Of a DNA stretch of 64,000 bases, positions 1-9,016 are shown one piece after another (the stretch's first letter is position 1; every line of letters begins with the position of its first letter). The DNA comes from an uncultured Flavobacteriales bacterium (GTDB lineage Bacteria > Bacteroidota > Bacteroidia > Flavobacteriales > CAJXXR01): contig CAJXXR010000003.1 in NCBI GenBank assembly GCA_913063375.1, positions 70,051 to 134,050 on the forward strand, in the 5' to 3' direction. A program made the position numbers and the translations under genes. A model generated the notes under the pieces. It was not told the DNA's origin, did not search any database, and was given only the letters and a program-made list of their open reading frames with translations.

Positions 1-891
1 TTCAAGCAGAGGGTACAAAAAATATCACTCAATACAGGTTTTACATGCCCTAATAGGGATGGTACCAAAGGAATTGGTGGATGTACCTATTGTAATAACA
101 ATACCTTTAAGCCTGGCTATTGTAAACCCAATAAAAGTATAAGTCAACAGCTAAATGAAGGCATTGCCTTTTTTTCGAAAAAATATACTTCTCAAAAGTA
201 TCTAGCCTATTTTCAGGCTTATACCAATACCTATGCAGACATTGAGTTGGTAAAGGAATATTTTACCGAAGCTGTTCAACATCCTGATGTGGTTGGGTTG
301 GTAATAGGTACTCGTCCAGATTGTGTAAATGAGGAGGTTCTTGATTTTCTAGAGGAATTGGCAAAGGACTATTATATTGCATTGGAGTTTGGTATTGAGA
401 GTACGTTGAATAAGTCACTAAAATTGATAAATAGATGTCATAGCTATGAAGAAACAGTGCAGGCTTTTGATTTGGCAAAGGATAGAGGATTACATCTCGG
501 TGGACATCTTATCATAGGTTTACCAGGAGAAAGTCGCGAAGAAATGCTCCAGCATGCTGTAACCGTTTCTAAATTGCCATTACAGACTTTAAAACTTCAT
601 CAACTACAAGTAGTAAAGTACACCAAGATGGCAGCTCAGTATTGCCTGGAACCAGAAATGTTTACCCTTTTCTCCGTGGACGATTATGTAGAGTTTGTTG
701 GTGAGTTCGTCTCTATACTTAGGCCAGATATTATTATAGAACGTTTCACAAGTGAATCACCTGCTCATTTGTTATTGGCACCTAAATGGGGAGGTCTTAA
801 GAACTTTGAAGTCGTTGCTAAAATTGATAAACAATTAGCAGAAAAAGGGATTGTACAAGGTGATTGCTTTTCTGAGGTGGTCAGCAGTTAA
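1..891 (+). CDS. TIGR01212/YhcC-type radical SAM protein (5' end lies outside the window)
   Basis: Frame 1 is open from base 1. Bases 1-246 translate to FKQRVQKISLNTGFTCPNRDGTKGIGGCTYCNN, a Cys cluster typical of this radical-SAM family. This runs into the listed 247..891 ORF (IGTRPDC, ALEFGIES, IIGLPGES). Confidence 0.8.
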   Translation, partial: FKQRVQKISLNTGFTCPNRDGTKGIGGCTYCNNNTFKPGYCKPNKSISQQLNEGIAFFSKKYTSQKYLAYFQAYTNTYADIELVKEYFTEAVQHPDVVGLVIGTRPDCVNEEVLDFLEELAKDYYIALEFGIESTLNKSLKLINRCHSYEETVQAFDLAKDRGLHLGGHLIIGLPGESREEMLQHAVTVSKLPLQTLKLHQLQVVKYTKMAAQYCLEPEMFTLFSVDDYVEFVGEFVSILRPDIIIERFTSESPAHLLLAPKWGGLKNFEVVAKIDKQLAEKGIVQGDCFSEVVSS

Positions 892-1098
892 CAGTAAAAA
901 TGACCAATAATATAGGTTGTATTTTTGGATTCGCATGAGGATTCGAACCTTTACCAGTCTTATTAAGAATTAATTATTAATAAAAATAGCTACCAATTCT
1001 AGGGTGGTTTTGGGATCTTCAAGATCACCAGAGGAAAAGAAAGCTTCTAGAAGAATATTTTATATATTGTTGACTAATAGTAATTAAAAGACAATAGT

Positions 1099-2238
1099 AT
1101 GAAATTTAAAGTTTCTCTTTTTTCGGGTTTATTTTTTTGCATCAGCCTTTTATCAGCTCAAGTAGATAGAATATTTGGTGTACACTGGGTTAATATGAAA
1201 GTAGTTTCTGCTTTAGTAAATCCCAATACAGATGTATTAACAGATTTAGATACTTTGGATGGTGTAAGCTCTATCTATTTCTCAACCGCTAGTTTGGATA
1301 GGGTGAAAGGTCATTATTTTTTACGTACCAATTTGGGAGTGACCATTGTTGATATCTATACGGGATCTGTAATTAATTCTATACCAATTACATATAATTT
1401 TATTACAGGATTTCGATATCATGAAAATACCAATAGCCTATATGCATTTCGATCATCGACACAATCCAGTAGTCTTACCTTGGTAAGGCTTGATTTAGCT
1501 ACTCAAACATTTTCAGATGTGGCCGTAATGACTGATATCACAAGTTTAACAAGTCAACCTTGTTTTACCATAGATCAGGAAAATGATGTGTTTTATACTA
1601 TGACTAATATTGGTCTTACTGGTATTGATATAAATACAGGACTCATCACAGATTCTATATCCAATGGAGCTGATTTTAGTGCTATCAATTATGATCCCGT
1701 TTCCAGTTCTATCTATGGTATGAGGAAAGTAGGTTCAAGTTTCAATTTCTCAAATTTCGATTTGGATTTAGAACAATATGATGATTTGGGTACACCTGGA
1801 GGTTTTATGCCAATTGTTCATGAAGTAACTGCCATGGATACTATTAATGATAGGTATTTAGTACAAGCAGGGGGAGGATTAAGGATTGTAGACAATACTA
1901 CAGGAACGGTATTGAGTACACTTGCGACATGCTTGGGCTTTAAAGAATTTGTTTATTTAGAGGACTATGTATATTTATCCCTGGTAAATAATAGTCCTAT
2001 TAATGAATATGTAGTTTATCCTAATCCAAGTAAAGACTTTGTAAATATAGTATTGGATAAAGACTATGCAGACATTAAATTACAGCTTTGGGATATGCAA
2101 GGAAAAATGATTTACAGTACCGATTTTTCTGAAACATCAAAAGTGAATCTTGATCTTCAATTTTTAGTGGATGGGACTTACTTTATTCATGTATTGGCAG
2201 ATGGTAAAAATGGAAGGGTGAAATTTGTGAAGTACTAG
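1099..2238 (+). CDS. secreted protein with T9SS C-terminal sorting domain, function unknown
   Basis: It has an N-terminal signal peptide (MKFKVSLFSGLFFCISLLSAQ). The C-terminus (VVYPNPSKDFVNIVL...GTYFIHVLADGKNGRVKFVKY) has the shape of a Por/T9SS sorting domain. Confidence 0.75.
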   Translation: MKFKVSLFSGLFFCISLLSAQVDRIFGVHWVNMKVVSALVNPNTDVLTDLDTLDGVSSIYFSTASLDRVKGHYFLRTNLGVTIVDIYTGSVINSIPITYNFITGFRYHENTNSLYAFRSSTQSSSLTLVRLDLATQTFSDVAVMTDITSLTSQPCFTIDQENDVFYTMTNIGLTGIDINTGLITDSISNGADFSAINYDPVSSSIYGMRKVGSSFNFSNFDLDLEQYDDLGTPGGFMPIVHEVTAMDTINDRYLVQAGGGLRIVDNTTGTVLSTLATCLGFKEFVYLEDYVYLSLVNNSPINEYVVYPNPSKDFVNIVLDKDYADIKLQLWDMQGKMIYSTDFSETSKVNLDLQFLVDGTYFIHVLADGKNGRVKFVKY

Positions 2239-2407
2239 TTTTTCATATGATTCATTTGATGTCGGCCAGTAATATATAATTGCTGGTTTAAAGTTCTATA
2301 TGATGTTGTAGATATCTTTCAATCTGGTGTCAAATTTCTACAGTTTCTCCTTTAATTGATTTTGAAATGGCGGTCAAGTGAAAATATGACAAATATATTT
2401 AACAAGA

Positions 2408-3088
2408 ATGGTTATGAAAATTAAATACCGAATTACGATAATAACTACAATTCTTCTAATTATAGTTGTTAGTTGTGAAAAACATGAATTCTTTGTGGAG
2501 CCAACTAGCAGTGATTATTTTGATGAGGAGCAAGGGATGATGTTTATGGCTGATAATACTTCATTTTGGGCTTGTAAAAATTACCTCTGTTTTATGTGTT
2601 CCGATCCTATAAAATTTAGAGTATCAATTAATAGTGATAATTTTAAAAGTGCTCAGGAATTTCGACTCTCAGCTAGTAGTAGAGATAACTGTACCAATTC
2701 TGATTCATTAAATTATAGAGAATACTTTCATCTTTGGTTAAATCAAGGTACTATTTTCCCTGAATTGCAAGTTATAGATTTAACCGATAGCTTTTTTGTT
2801 GAAGAGGTTAGTTATAGGCACTCTGGTGATAATATGGATGGTGCTAATGCTATTCCTAGAGGTATGTATGATCAGGTAATTTCTGGAGCCATGGAAATTG
2901 ATTCTATAAGATACCCCGATATTGAAAACCAAATAGGAGGAAAGCTCTGGGGAACCTTTTGGGTGAATTTGGTGAAGCTAAATTGCGATGTCGATGGAAC
3001 TATTATTAGCAGGGATACGGTACATATTCGGAAAGGATATTTTAAATCAAATATGGGAGGATCCTTGTATACGCAGGATGATTTTTAA
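2408..3088 (+). CDS. hypothetical lipoprotein
   Basis: The 226-aa ORF has a hydrophobic leader ending in VVSC (lipobox-like). An alternative ATG lies at 2414. I recognised no family. Confidence 0.6.
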   Translation: MVMKIKYRITIITTILLIIVVSCEKHEFFVEPTSSDYFDEEQGMMFMADNTSFWACKNYLCFMCSDPIKFRVSINSDNFKSAQEFRLSASSRDNCTNSDSLNYREYFHLWLNQGTIFPELQVIDLTDSFFVEEVSYRHSGDNMDGANAIPRGMYDQVISGAMEIDSIRYPDIENQIGGKLWGTFWVNLVKLNCDVDGTIISRDTVHIRKGYFKSNMGGSLYTQDDF

Positions 3089-3174
3089 TATTAGCTCTAT
3101 GGCTTAAATTTAAGAGGAATCCAATCAACTTCAAAAAATGTAGCTATCCTGTGTTTACTGATTAATTTGCTTCA

Positions 3175-3204
3175 CCTCAGAGTCACTCACAGATGACTCT
3201 GAGG
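3175..3204. repeat. REP-like hairpin element, copy 1 (CCTCAGAGTC-N10-GACTCTGAGG)
   Basis: It has a perfect 10-bp stem and a 10-nt loop. It belongs to the same family as 3232, 49808 and 57263. Stem position 2 is changed on both arms, which is compensatory. Confidence 0.8.
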
Positions 3205-3231
3205 TATTCTTCTCCATCCTAATTGGCTTCC

Positions 3232-3261
3232 CATCAGAGTCACTCCCCGAGGACTCTGATG
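3232..3261. repeat. REP-like hairpin element, copy 2 (CATCAGAGTC-N10-GACTCTGATG)
   Basis: It has a perfect 10-bp stem and lies 57 nt downstream of copy 1, between convergent genes. Confidence 0.8.
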
Positions 3262-3300
3262 TATGCTAAATTTTTCTTACTATTTATAGGCGAAATATTT

Positions 3301-3480
3301 TCAAGATTCTTTCCTCTTGGTATACCACTCATTGCTGCAATCACTTTTTAAACTGCAACCGTTGCATCCCGTTGAACTGCAATCTGATAAATTATCTTTA
3401 CTGAATATTTTTTTCACCATTTTATACACGACGAAAGCAATAGTAGTTGTAATAATTAGGTAGGTAATGATTTCTTGCAT
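3301..3480 (-). CDS. FeoB-associated Cys-rich small membrane protein (59 aa; not in the ORF track)
   Basis: Hand translation of the minus strand gives MQEIITYLIITTTIAFVVYKMVKKIFSKDNLSDCSSTGCNGCSLKSDCSNEWYTKRKES*. This is one TM helix plus a Cys-rich tail. It starts 10 nt after the feoB stop on the same strand, the usual position for this family. Confidence 0.6.
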   Translation of the reverse strand: MQEIITYLIITTTIAFVVYKMVKKIFSKDNLSDCSSTGCNGCSLKSDCSNEWYTKRKES

Positions 3481-3490
3481 CCTGTTATAA

Positions 3491-5998
3491 TTAGAGAATT
3501 GTAGAACCTATTTGATAGACTAAAAATGAGATGATATATGCTAATACCGTAGTATATGACATGGCAAATAGAGCCCATTTCCATCCCCCAGACTCCTTTT
3601 TTATTGCTGCTACAGCTGCGATACAAGGGAAATATATCAGAATGAACAACATGAAGCTAAATGCAATTAATGGGTTAAAGACTTTTTCACCTTTCTTAGG
3701 ACCTTTGTGATAAACATGTGTTTGGATATTTTTTGTTAGGTCCGTATTAGATCCACCTGTATCTGATTGATATAAAACGCCCATCGTACTTACAACTAAT
3801 TCTTTGGCAGCTAGTCCTGTGATGAGACTTATCCCCATTTTCCAATCAAAACCAAGGGGGCTGATCAAGGGTTCGATAGAATGCCCCATTTGGCCTATAT
3901 AGGATTCCTCAAATCTCTCTGCTTCTTTTTCGAGTAATAATTGGGCGATAAAAGTTTCCTTTTCTTCAAGGAGGGCTGAAGTATTCTCTTGTGGATGAGC
4001 ATTTATTTTAGAGGAATAAGAATTTTCTGTTTGGGCTATTATTGAATTATAATCTTTTGAATACTTAATTTCTCTTGGGAAATAGCCTAATGCCCACAGT
4101 AGAATTGAGGCAATCAATATTAAACCTCCCATTTTTTTTAAATAATGGGATCCTTTTTCCCACATGTGAATTAGGGTAGAACGAAAGGTTGGTGTTCTAT
4201 ATGGGGGTAATTCCATTACAAAAGGTACCTCTTCCAATTTGAAAAGTGTCTTTTTGAAAATAATGGCCATTATTACAGAAAGTACTATTCCAATTATGTA
4301 AATGGAGAATAAAACGGTACCTGAATTTTCTGAGAAAAAGGCTCCAATAAGTAAAATGTAGACTGGTAATCGGGCGCTACAAGACATAAATGGATTGATT
4401 AACATGGTAAGTAATCGGTTGTTTTTACTTTCCAAGGTTCTGGTGGCCATTATGGCTGGGACATTACAACCAAAACCCATTATTAATGGAATAAACGATT
4501 TTCCATGTAATCCTAGTTTGTGCATCAGTTTATCCATTATGAAAGCGGCCCTGGCTATATAGCCTGTATCTTCCATAAGGGAGATATAAAAGAATAGAAT
4601 TAGAATATTTGGAAGGAAAATGATCACACCACCTACACCCCCTATTATTCCATCCACAAGGAGGTCTCTTAACATCCCTTCTTCCATGTTTGTACTGATG
4701 AAATTGCCTATGAATCCTACCAACGAATCTATCCATTCCATAGGGTAGGCTCCAATGGTAAATGTACTTTGGAACATGATCCACATAAAGAAAATAAAAA
4801 CAGGGAATCCCCATATTTTATGGGTTAGAAAATAGTCGATTGCATCTGTCCTTTTTCTCCTTTCAGTTGGCCCTTCTCGGTAAGTTTCTTTAAGTGCTCC
4901 AGCTATAAAACCATATTTCGCATCGGTAATAAGTGTTTCACAGTCTAAATTCAATTCGCCTTCCAGTTGATCTCTCTCTTTATTTGTTTCCGCTTTAATG
5001 TCGGTAAGGTTGGCGCATTTTTGGATGGTTGTTAGTGCATCTTTATCCTGTTCAATAAGTTTGATCGCTAAATATCTTGTAGATATTTTATCTCTCAGAA
5101 AGTGGTTAGATTCAATTTGTAATGATTTCTGAATAGCACCTATCGATTTTTCAATTTTCTTTCCATAATTTATATGAATATGTCTTACGAATGGATCTCT
5201 ATCTTCATAAACATCAATGGCTTTTTTAAACAATTCATCAATTCCTTTTCCCTTTATACTAGTAGTGGGAATGATAGGAATTCCAATCATCTTTCCTAGG
5301 CTCTCATAATCAAAATTTGCCCCTTTTTCTTCCAGTTCATCATACATATTTAAGGCAATAATCACCTTGATATCCATGTCTATTAATTGCGTACTTAGAT
5401 AGAGGTTCCTTTCTAGGTTGGAGGCATCTACAACATTAATTATGATATCTGGGCTAGTCTCTATAATATGCTTCCTAACGAATAGTTCTTCTGGAGTATA
5501 GGCAGATAAGGAATAAGTTCCTGGAAGGTCAGTAAGGTGGAAGCTGTAACCATCACGGTCGAATTTGGCTTCATGCGTGTCTATGGTAACTCCACTATAG
5601 TTTCCAACCTTAGAATTAGAATTGGAGGCTACATTGAAGAGTGTAGTTTTTCCACAATTTGGATTTCCAACTAAAGCCACCTGGATATTTCTGCCCTTTT
5701 GTTCTACAGATTTTTTTAAAAGATCGTCCGTAAGGACCCCAAAGTATTCCGTTTTTTGGAGGCTCTTTGCTTCTTCTTTAGTAATAACTTCTATTAGGCT
5801 TGCTTCACTTTTTCTTAAAGAGACTTCGTAACCCATTATTCTGTATTGGATGGGGTCTTTGAAAGGGGCATCTTTGACAATAGAGATTTTTTGTCCCTTC
5901 ACAAATCCCATCTCCAGAATTCTATTTCTAAATGATCCACGGCCTTTTACTTTTGTAATTATGGCCTCTTCTTGGTCTTTTAAGTCGGAAAGTTTCAT
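3491..5998 (-). CDS. feoB: ferrous iron transporter FeoB with fused N-terminal FeoA domain
   Basis: The 835-aa ORF has a FeoA-like N-terminus and the G-domain motifs GNPNCGKTTLFN and DLPGTYS. A long polytopic C-terminal permease follows. Confidence 0.92.
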   Translation of the reverse strand: MKLSDLKDQEEAIITKVKGRGSFRNRILEMGFVKGQKISIVKDAPFKDPIQYRIMGYEVSLRKSEASLIEVITKEEAKSLQKTEYFGVLTDDLLKKSVEQKGRNIQVALVGNPNCGKTTLFNVASNSNSKVGNYSGVTIDTHEAKFDRDGYSFHLTDLPGTYSLSAYTPEELFVRKHIIETSPDIIINVVDASNLERNLYLSTQLIDMDIKVIIALNMYDELEEKGANFDYESLGKMIGIPIIPTTSIKGKGIDELFKKAIDVYEDRDPFVRHIHINYGKKIEKSIGAIQKSLQIESNHFLRDKISTRYLAIKLIEQDKDALTTIQKCANLTDIKAETNKERDQLEGELNLDCETLITDAKYGFIAGALKETYREGPTERRKRTDAIDYFLTHKIWGFPVFIFFMWIMFQSTFTIGAYPMEWIDSLVGFIGNFISTNMEEGMLRDLLVDGIIGGVGGVIIFLPNILILFFYISLMEDTGYIARAAFIMDKLMHKLGLHGKSFIPLIMGFGCNVPAIMATRTLESKNNRLLTMLINPFMSCSARLPVYILLIGAFFSENSGTVLFSIYIIGIVLSVIMAIIFKKTLFKLEEVPFVMELPPYRTPTFRSTLIHMWEKGSHYLKKMGGLILIASILLWALGYFPREIKYSKDYNSIIAQTENSYSSKINAHPQENTSALLEEKETFIAQLLLEKEAERFEESYIGQMGHSIEPLISPLGFDWKMGISLITGLAAKELVVSTMGVLYQSDTGGSNTDLTKNIQTHVYHKGPKKGEKVFNPLIAFSFMLFILIYFPCIAAVAAIKKESGGWKWALFAMSYTTVLAYIISFLVYQIGSTIL

Positions 5999-6066
5999 GC
6001 TTTTTGGTCTATTAGATTTACTCTATTTAGGACGGTTCTAAATAAGAGTATTTAATAGCCATTAAA

Positions 6067-6095
6067 AATGATAATCCTCATAGAATTGATAATTC
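6067..6095. promoter_or_regulatory. candidate Fur box upstream of feoAB
   Basis: The sequence AATGATAATCCTCATAGAATTGATAATTC carries two TGATAAT hexamers resembling the GATAATGATAATCATTATC consensus. It lies 69-97 nt upstream of the feoB start. Confidence 0.3.
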
Positions 6096-7095
6096 TGTTT
6101 TTTGAGAAAAATAGGACCTAAATGTAATCTGTTACAGTCCAAATTCTGTAAACGATATACAAGTCAAATGAATAACAGGAATGGTTTGAATCTGAGGATA
6201 AGTTTGGAAACTTTTAGTCTAAAAGAGGACTCTTTTAATTGACTTAATTTATTAATTAAAATATAAATCTGCATTTTATCACTGAATTTGGTGATTCAAT
6301 TTAAAATGCTCTCTCATTTATTTAATTGTCTTAGATATATTTTTGATACCACTCTTTTAACGCTTGATACTTTAGATTGTAAAAGTATTTTCAAATACGA
6401 TTAAAGGTTTTCTTGGTTTGGTTCATCGGTTATTTGAATCGATTCTTGGGAGGGTTTTAATAGTACTTATACGGTCTAAATATTTTTTGAAAAGTCCGAA
6501 AGGTCTTCTATTCGAGTCTACTTTGATCGTTTTTTTTGTGTATTTCCATTTTTGATTTCATCTGGTTTGACAAAAATATAATAGAATGTATAAATTTTTT
6601 TTCGATCAAGTTTTAATTAAAATAATGAATAAGTAATAGGGCGAATTGATGGAAGAAAACTTAATAAATCGATAAGTCGTATTGAGAAAAACCGTTGTTA
6701 TTTAAATTTATTTCACCTCTAATATAGTGAACTTAAAATATACCAAAATACTGGTATTGATTTAATTGTTTGACCTGTGTACTTTTATTCGGTATTATAA
6801 ATAACACTAACAATGTTTTTTGTTAAAATACAACTTTGTTTATGTTGAGGTGATTGTTAATTCGCTCAAGTTCAGTTGTTTAGTGGATTTGAAATATGTT
6901 TTATCTCATAATGTGATCATTTTCGTAATCCGTGAAATTGAAAGCTCATTTTACTAATCCTTTTCGATTTTAATAGACATAATCGATGAAAATATTTTTG
7001 GTGAAATGCTTGATGTTTCCATTGATAATTCAAAATATCAAATTTTGAATTGAGGGTTGAAAAGATGAAATATACCGGCCAATAGGTGAATAAAA

Positions 7096-8943
7096 ATGCA
7101 ACCAAAATTAATTAAAATGTCAGAAAAATTAAGAAAGCTTAAAATTAAGAAAGCTGCTCGCGACGAGCGAATGGGTAATTTCAGAAATGAATTGTTTAAA
7201 GTCTTTAGTGATCATATGTTTAATGAAGATCGCCAAAGGCCATCAAAGGCTAAAGGGGTTAATAAAAAAGCTTCAGGCAAGCAATCTGATTTGAATATTG
7301 GTATTGTTGGTGGTGGAATGGCTGGAATGTATGCTTCCTTATTACTTTCTGAATTGGGCATTGGAAGCCACATATTTGAGGCTTCTGAAGGAAGGCTTGG
7401 TGGTCGTGTTTTTACAAAATATTTTAATGATAATTTGCCGCACCAATATGCAGAATTGGGAGCCATGCGATTCCCTCACAATGAACTGCAAAGTCGTTTG
7501 TTCAGTTTCTGGGACTATCTAAACAAAACAGCACCCAAAACGGAAGGAGCGAGGGAAATAGATAAGATTCCATATATCTTATATGATAAGAGTACCGATA
7601 TGGGAGAAGGGAATTTACTTTGTTTTAACGAGATGAAGCCGGTTACGCGGAATGAGGCGCTGGCAGATAATTCACTATTGGGATTCGATACTTTCTTTGA
7701 AGGACCAGAATATGATTATTTCAAAGATGAAAATGGGGAATTGAAGTCGGCAAGTACCTTGTTGGATAATGTAATAGACCCTTTTTTAGATATTCTTGAG
7801 GAAGATAGTATCTATAAGGCTTGGGAAGAAATATTAAAATACAATGCTTTTTCCGCTCGTGGTTATCTACAACAATTTGGAGATGGAAAACGTCCTTACC
7901 CAATTGCGATTGTAGACTATATGGAAACGGTACTTACCTATACAGGAGTATATGATTTATCCTTCATTGAATTGATTTTGGACAGTTATAGTTTCGATTC
8001 TACAGAAGAATGGTCAGCTATGAATGGGGGAACCTCCCGAGTAACGGAAGAGATGTATAACCGAATTCCAGCCAACCAATTTCAAACTAGTTCAAAAGTG
8101 GTGAAATTAACAGAGGAAGATGGAAAAGCGACTGTTCATTATGAAAATCCAAAATTTCAGACTGAAGAAAAGAAAACCTTCGATCGTGTAATTGTTACGC
8201 TTCCTTTTGCCATGTTGCGCTTTGTTGATACACCATCGGACTGGAGTCCTGAAAAGTATCAAGCTATTCGTAGTCTTAAAATGACGAATGCCGTAAAGGT
8301 GGCTTTAGGCTTTAAAAGCCGTTTCTGGGAAAAAGATGGAAAGTATAGTAAGGGAATGAAAGGTGGGCAAAGCAATACCGATTTACCATCTAGAAGTATC
8401 GTTTATCCATCATTTGGATTAGATCAACCTGGACCAGCCTATTTACTTTCAAGTTATTCTTGGCAGGATGATGCAGACAAGTTCACCCATCTAACAAAGG
8501 AGGAAGCATTTGAAGCTACCCTAAACGATGTCGTAAAAATACATGGTGAAATAGCTCGTAAAGAATATTTAGGAAGTGCAGACTCCATTGTTTGGAACAG
8601 AGACCGATTAGCAGGTGGAGGTTTTGAATTCTTTGCAGCTGGTCAATTTGGTCAAATGTTTTTGGATGCCCGTCAACCTGAAGGTGCATTTAACTTTGCT
8701 GGTGAGCATCTTGATATGGTGCATTACTGGATTGCAGGTTCTTATAACTCTGCCTTTAGAACAGTTTGGGAAATCCTTATACAGGAAGGAATAGAGACCG
8801 ATGAGAATTTGAAAATCCTATTCAATTCACTGGGTGGAGGGAAAATACTTCCAACTATGATACCTCAATTCAGTACGCATACTATGGCTTCAATAGAGGA
8901 AATGATGCACGAGGTGGAACCAGTTATTTTCTACAATAACTAA
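7096..8943 (+). CDS. FAD-dependent amine oxidase family protein (L-amino-acid oxidase / Trp 2-monooxygenase-like)
   Basis: The dinucleotide-binding motif is IGIVGGGMAGMYASLLL...EASEGRLGGRV. The C-terminal FAD motif FAGEHLD...WIAGSYNSA is also present. There is no signal peptide. Alternative starts are possible (M8, M26). Confidence 0.8.
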   Translation: MQPKLIKMSEKLRKLKIKKAARDERMGNFRNELFKVFSDHMFNEDRQRPSKAKGVNKKASGKQSDLNIGIVGGGMAGMYASLLLSELGIGSHIFEASEGRLGGRVFTKYFNDNLPHQYAELGAMRFPHNELQSRLFSFWDYLNKTAPKTEGAREIDKIPYILYDKSTDMGEGNLLCFNEMKPVTRNEALADNSLLGFDTFFEGPEYDYFKDENGELKSASTLLDNVIDPFLDILEEDSIYKAWEEILKYNAFSARGYLQQFGDGKRPYPIAIVDYMETVLTYTGVYDLSFIELILDSYSFDSTEEWSAMNGGTSRVTEEMYNRIPANQFQTSSKVVKLTEEDGKATVHYENPKFQTEEKKTFDRVIVTLPFAMLRFVDTPSDWSPEKYQAIRSLKMTNAVKVALGFKSRFWEKDGKYSKGMKGGQSNTDLPSRSIVYPSFGLDQPGPAYLLSSYSWQDDADKFTHLTKEEAFEATLNDVVKIHGEIARKEYLGSADSIVWNRDRLAGGGFEFFAAGQFGQMFLDARQPEGAFNFAGEHLDMVHYWIAGSYNSAFRTVWEILIQEGIETDENLKILFNSLGGGKILPTMIPQFSTHTMASIEEMMHEVEPVIFYNN

Positions 8944-9016
8944 TCATTAATTGGCTCAAGGGCTAATGAAGATATGCTTATAAAATGAACGATCACTAAT
9001 TTAAAATCTTAAAAAA

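Noticed and set aside
926-1007. I considered a full-length minus-strand tRNA of type II (Leu-like) length. The candidate runs from the D-loop-like GAATTGGTAGC to the CCA end.
   Set aside because: No acceptor 5' strand pairs with the 3' end. The T-stem has only 3 of 5 pairs. The interior is almost pure A/T with no credible anticodon stem. I treat it as a 3' fragment only.
6917-7105. A 62-aa minus-strand ORF lies in the gene desert and overlaps the oxidase start.
   Set aside because: Its composition is odd, it has no motif, and it overlaps the start of a well-supported gene. It is probably a chance ORF in AT-rich DNA.
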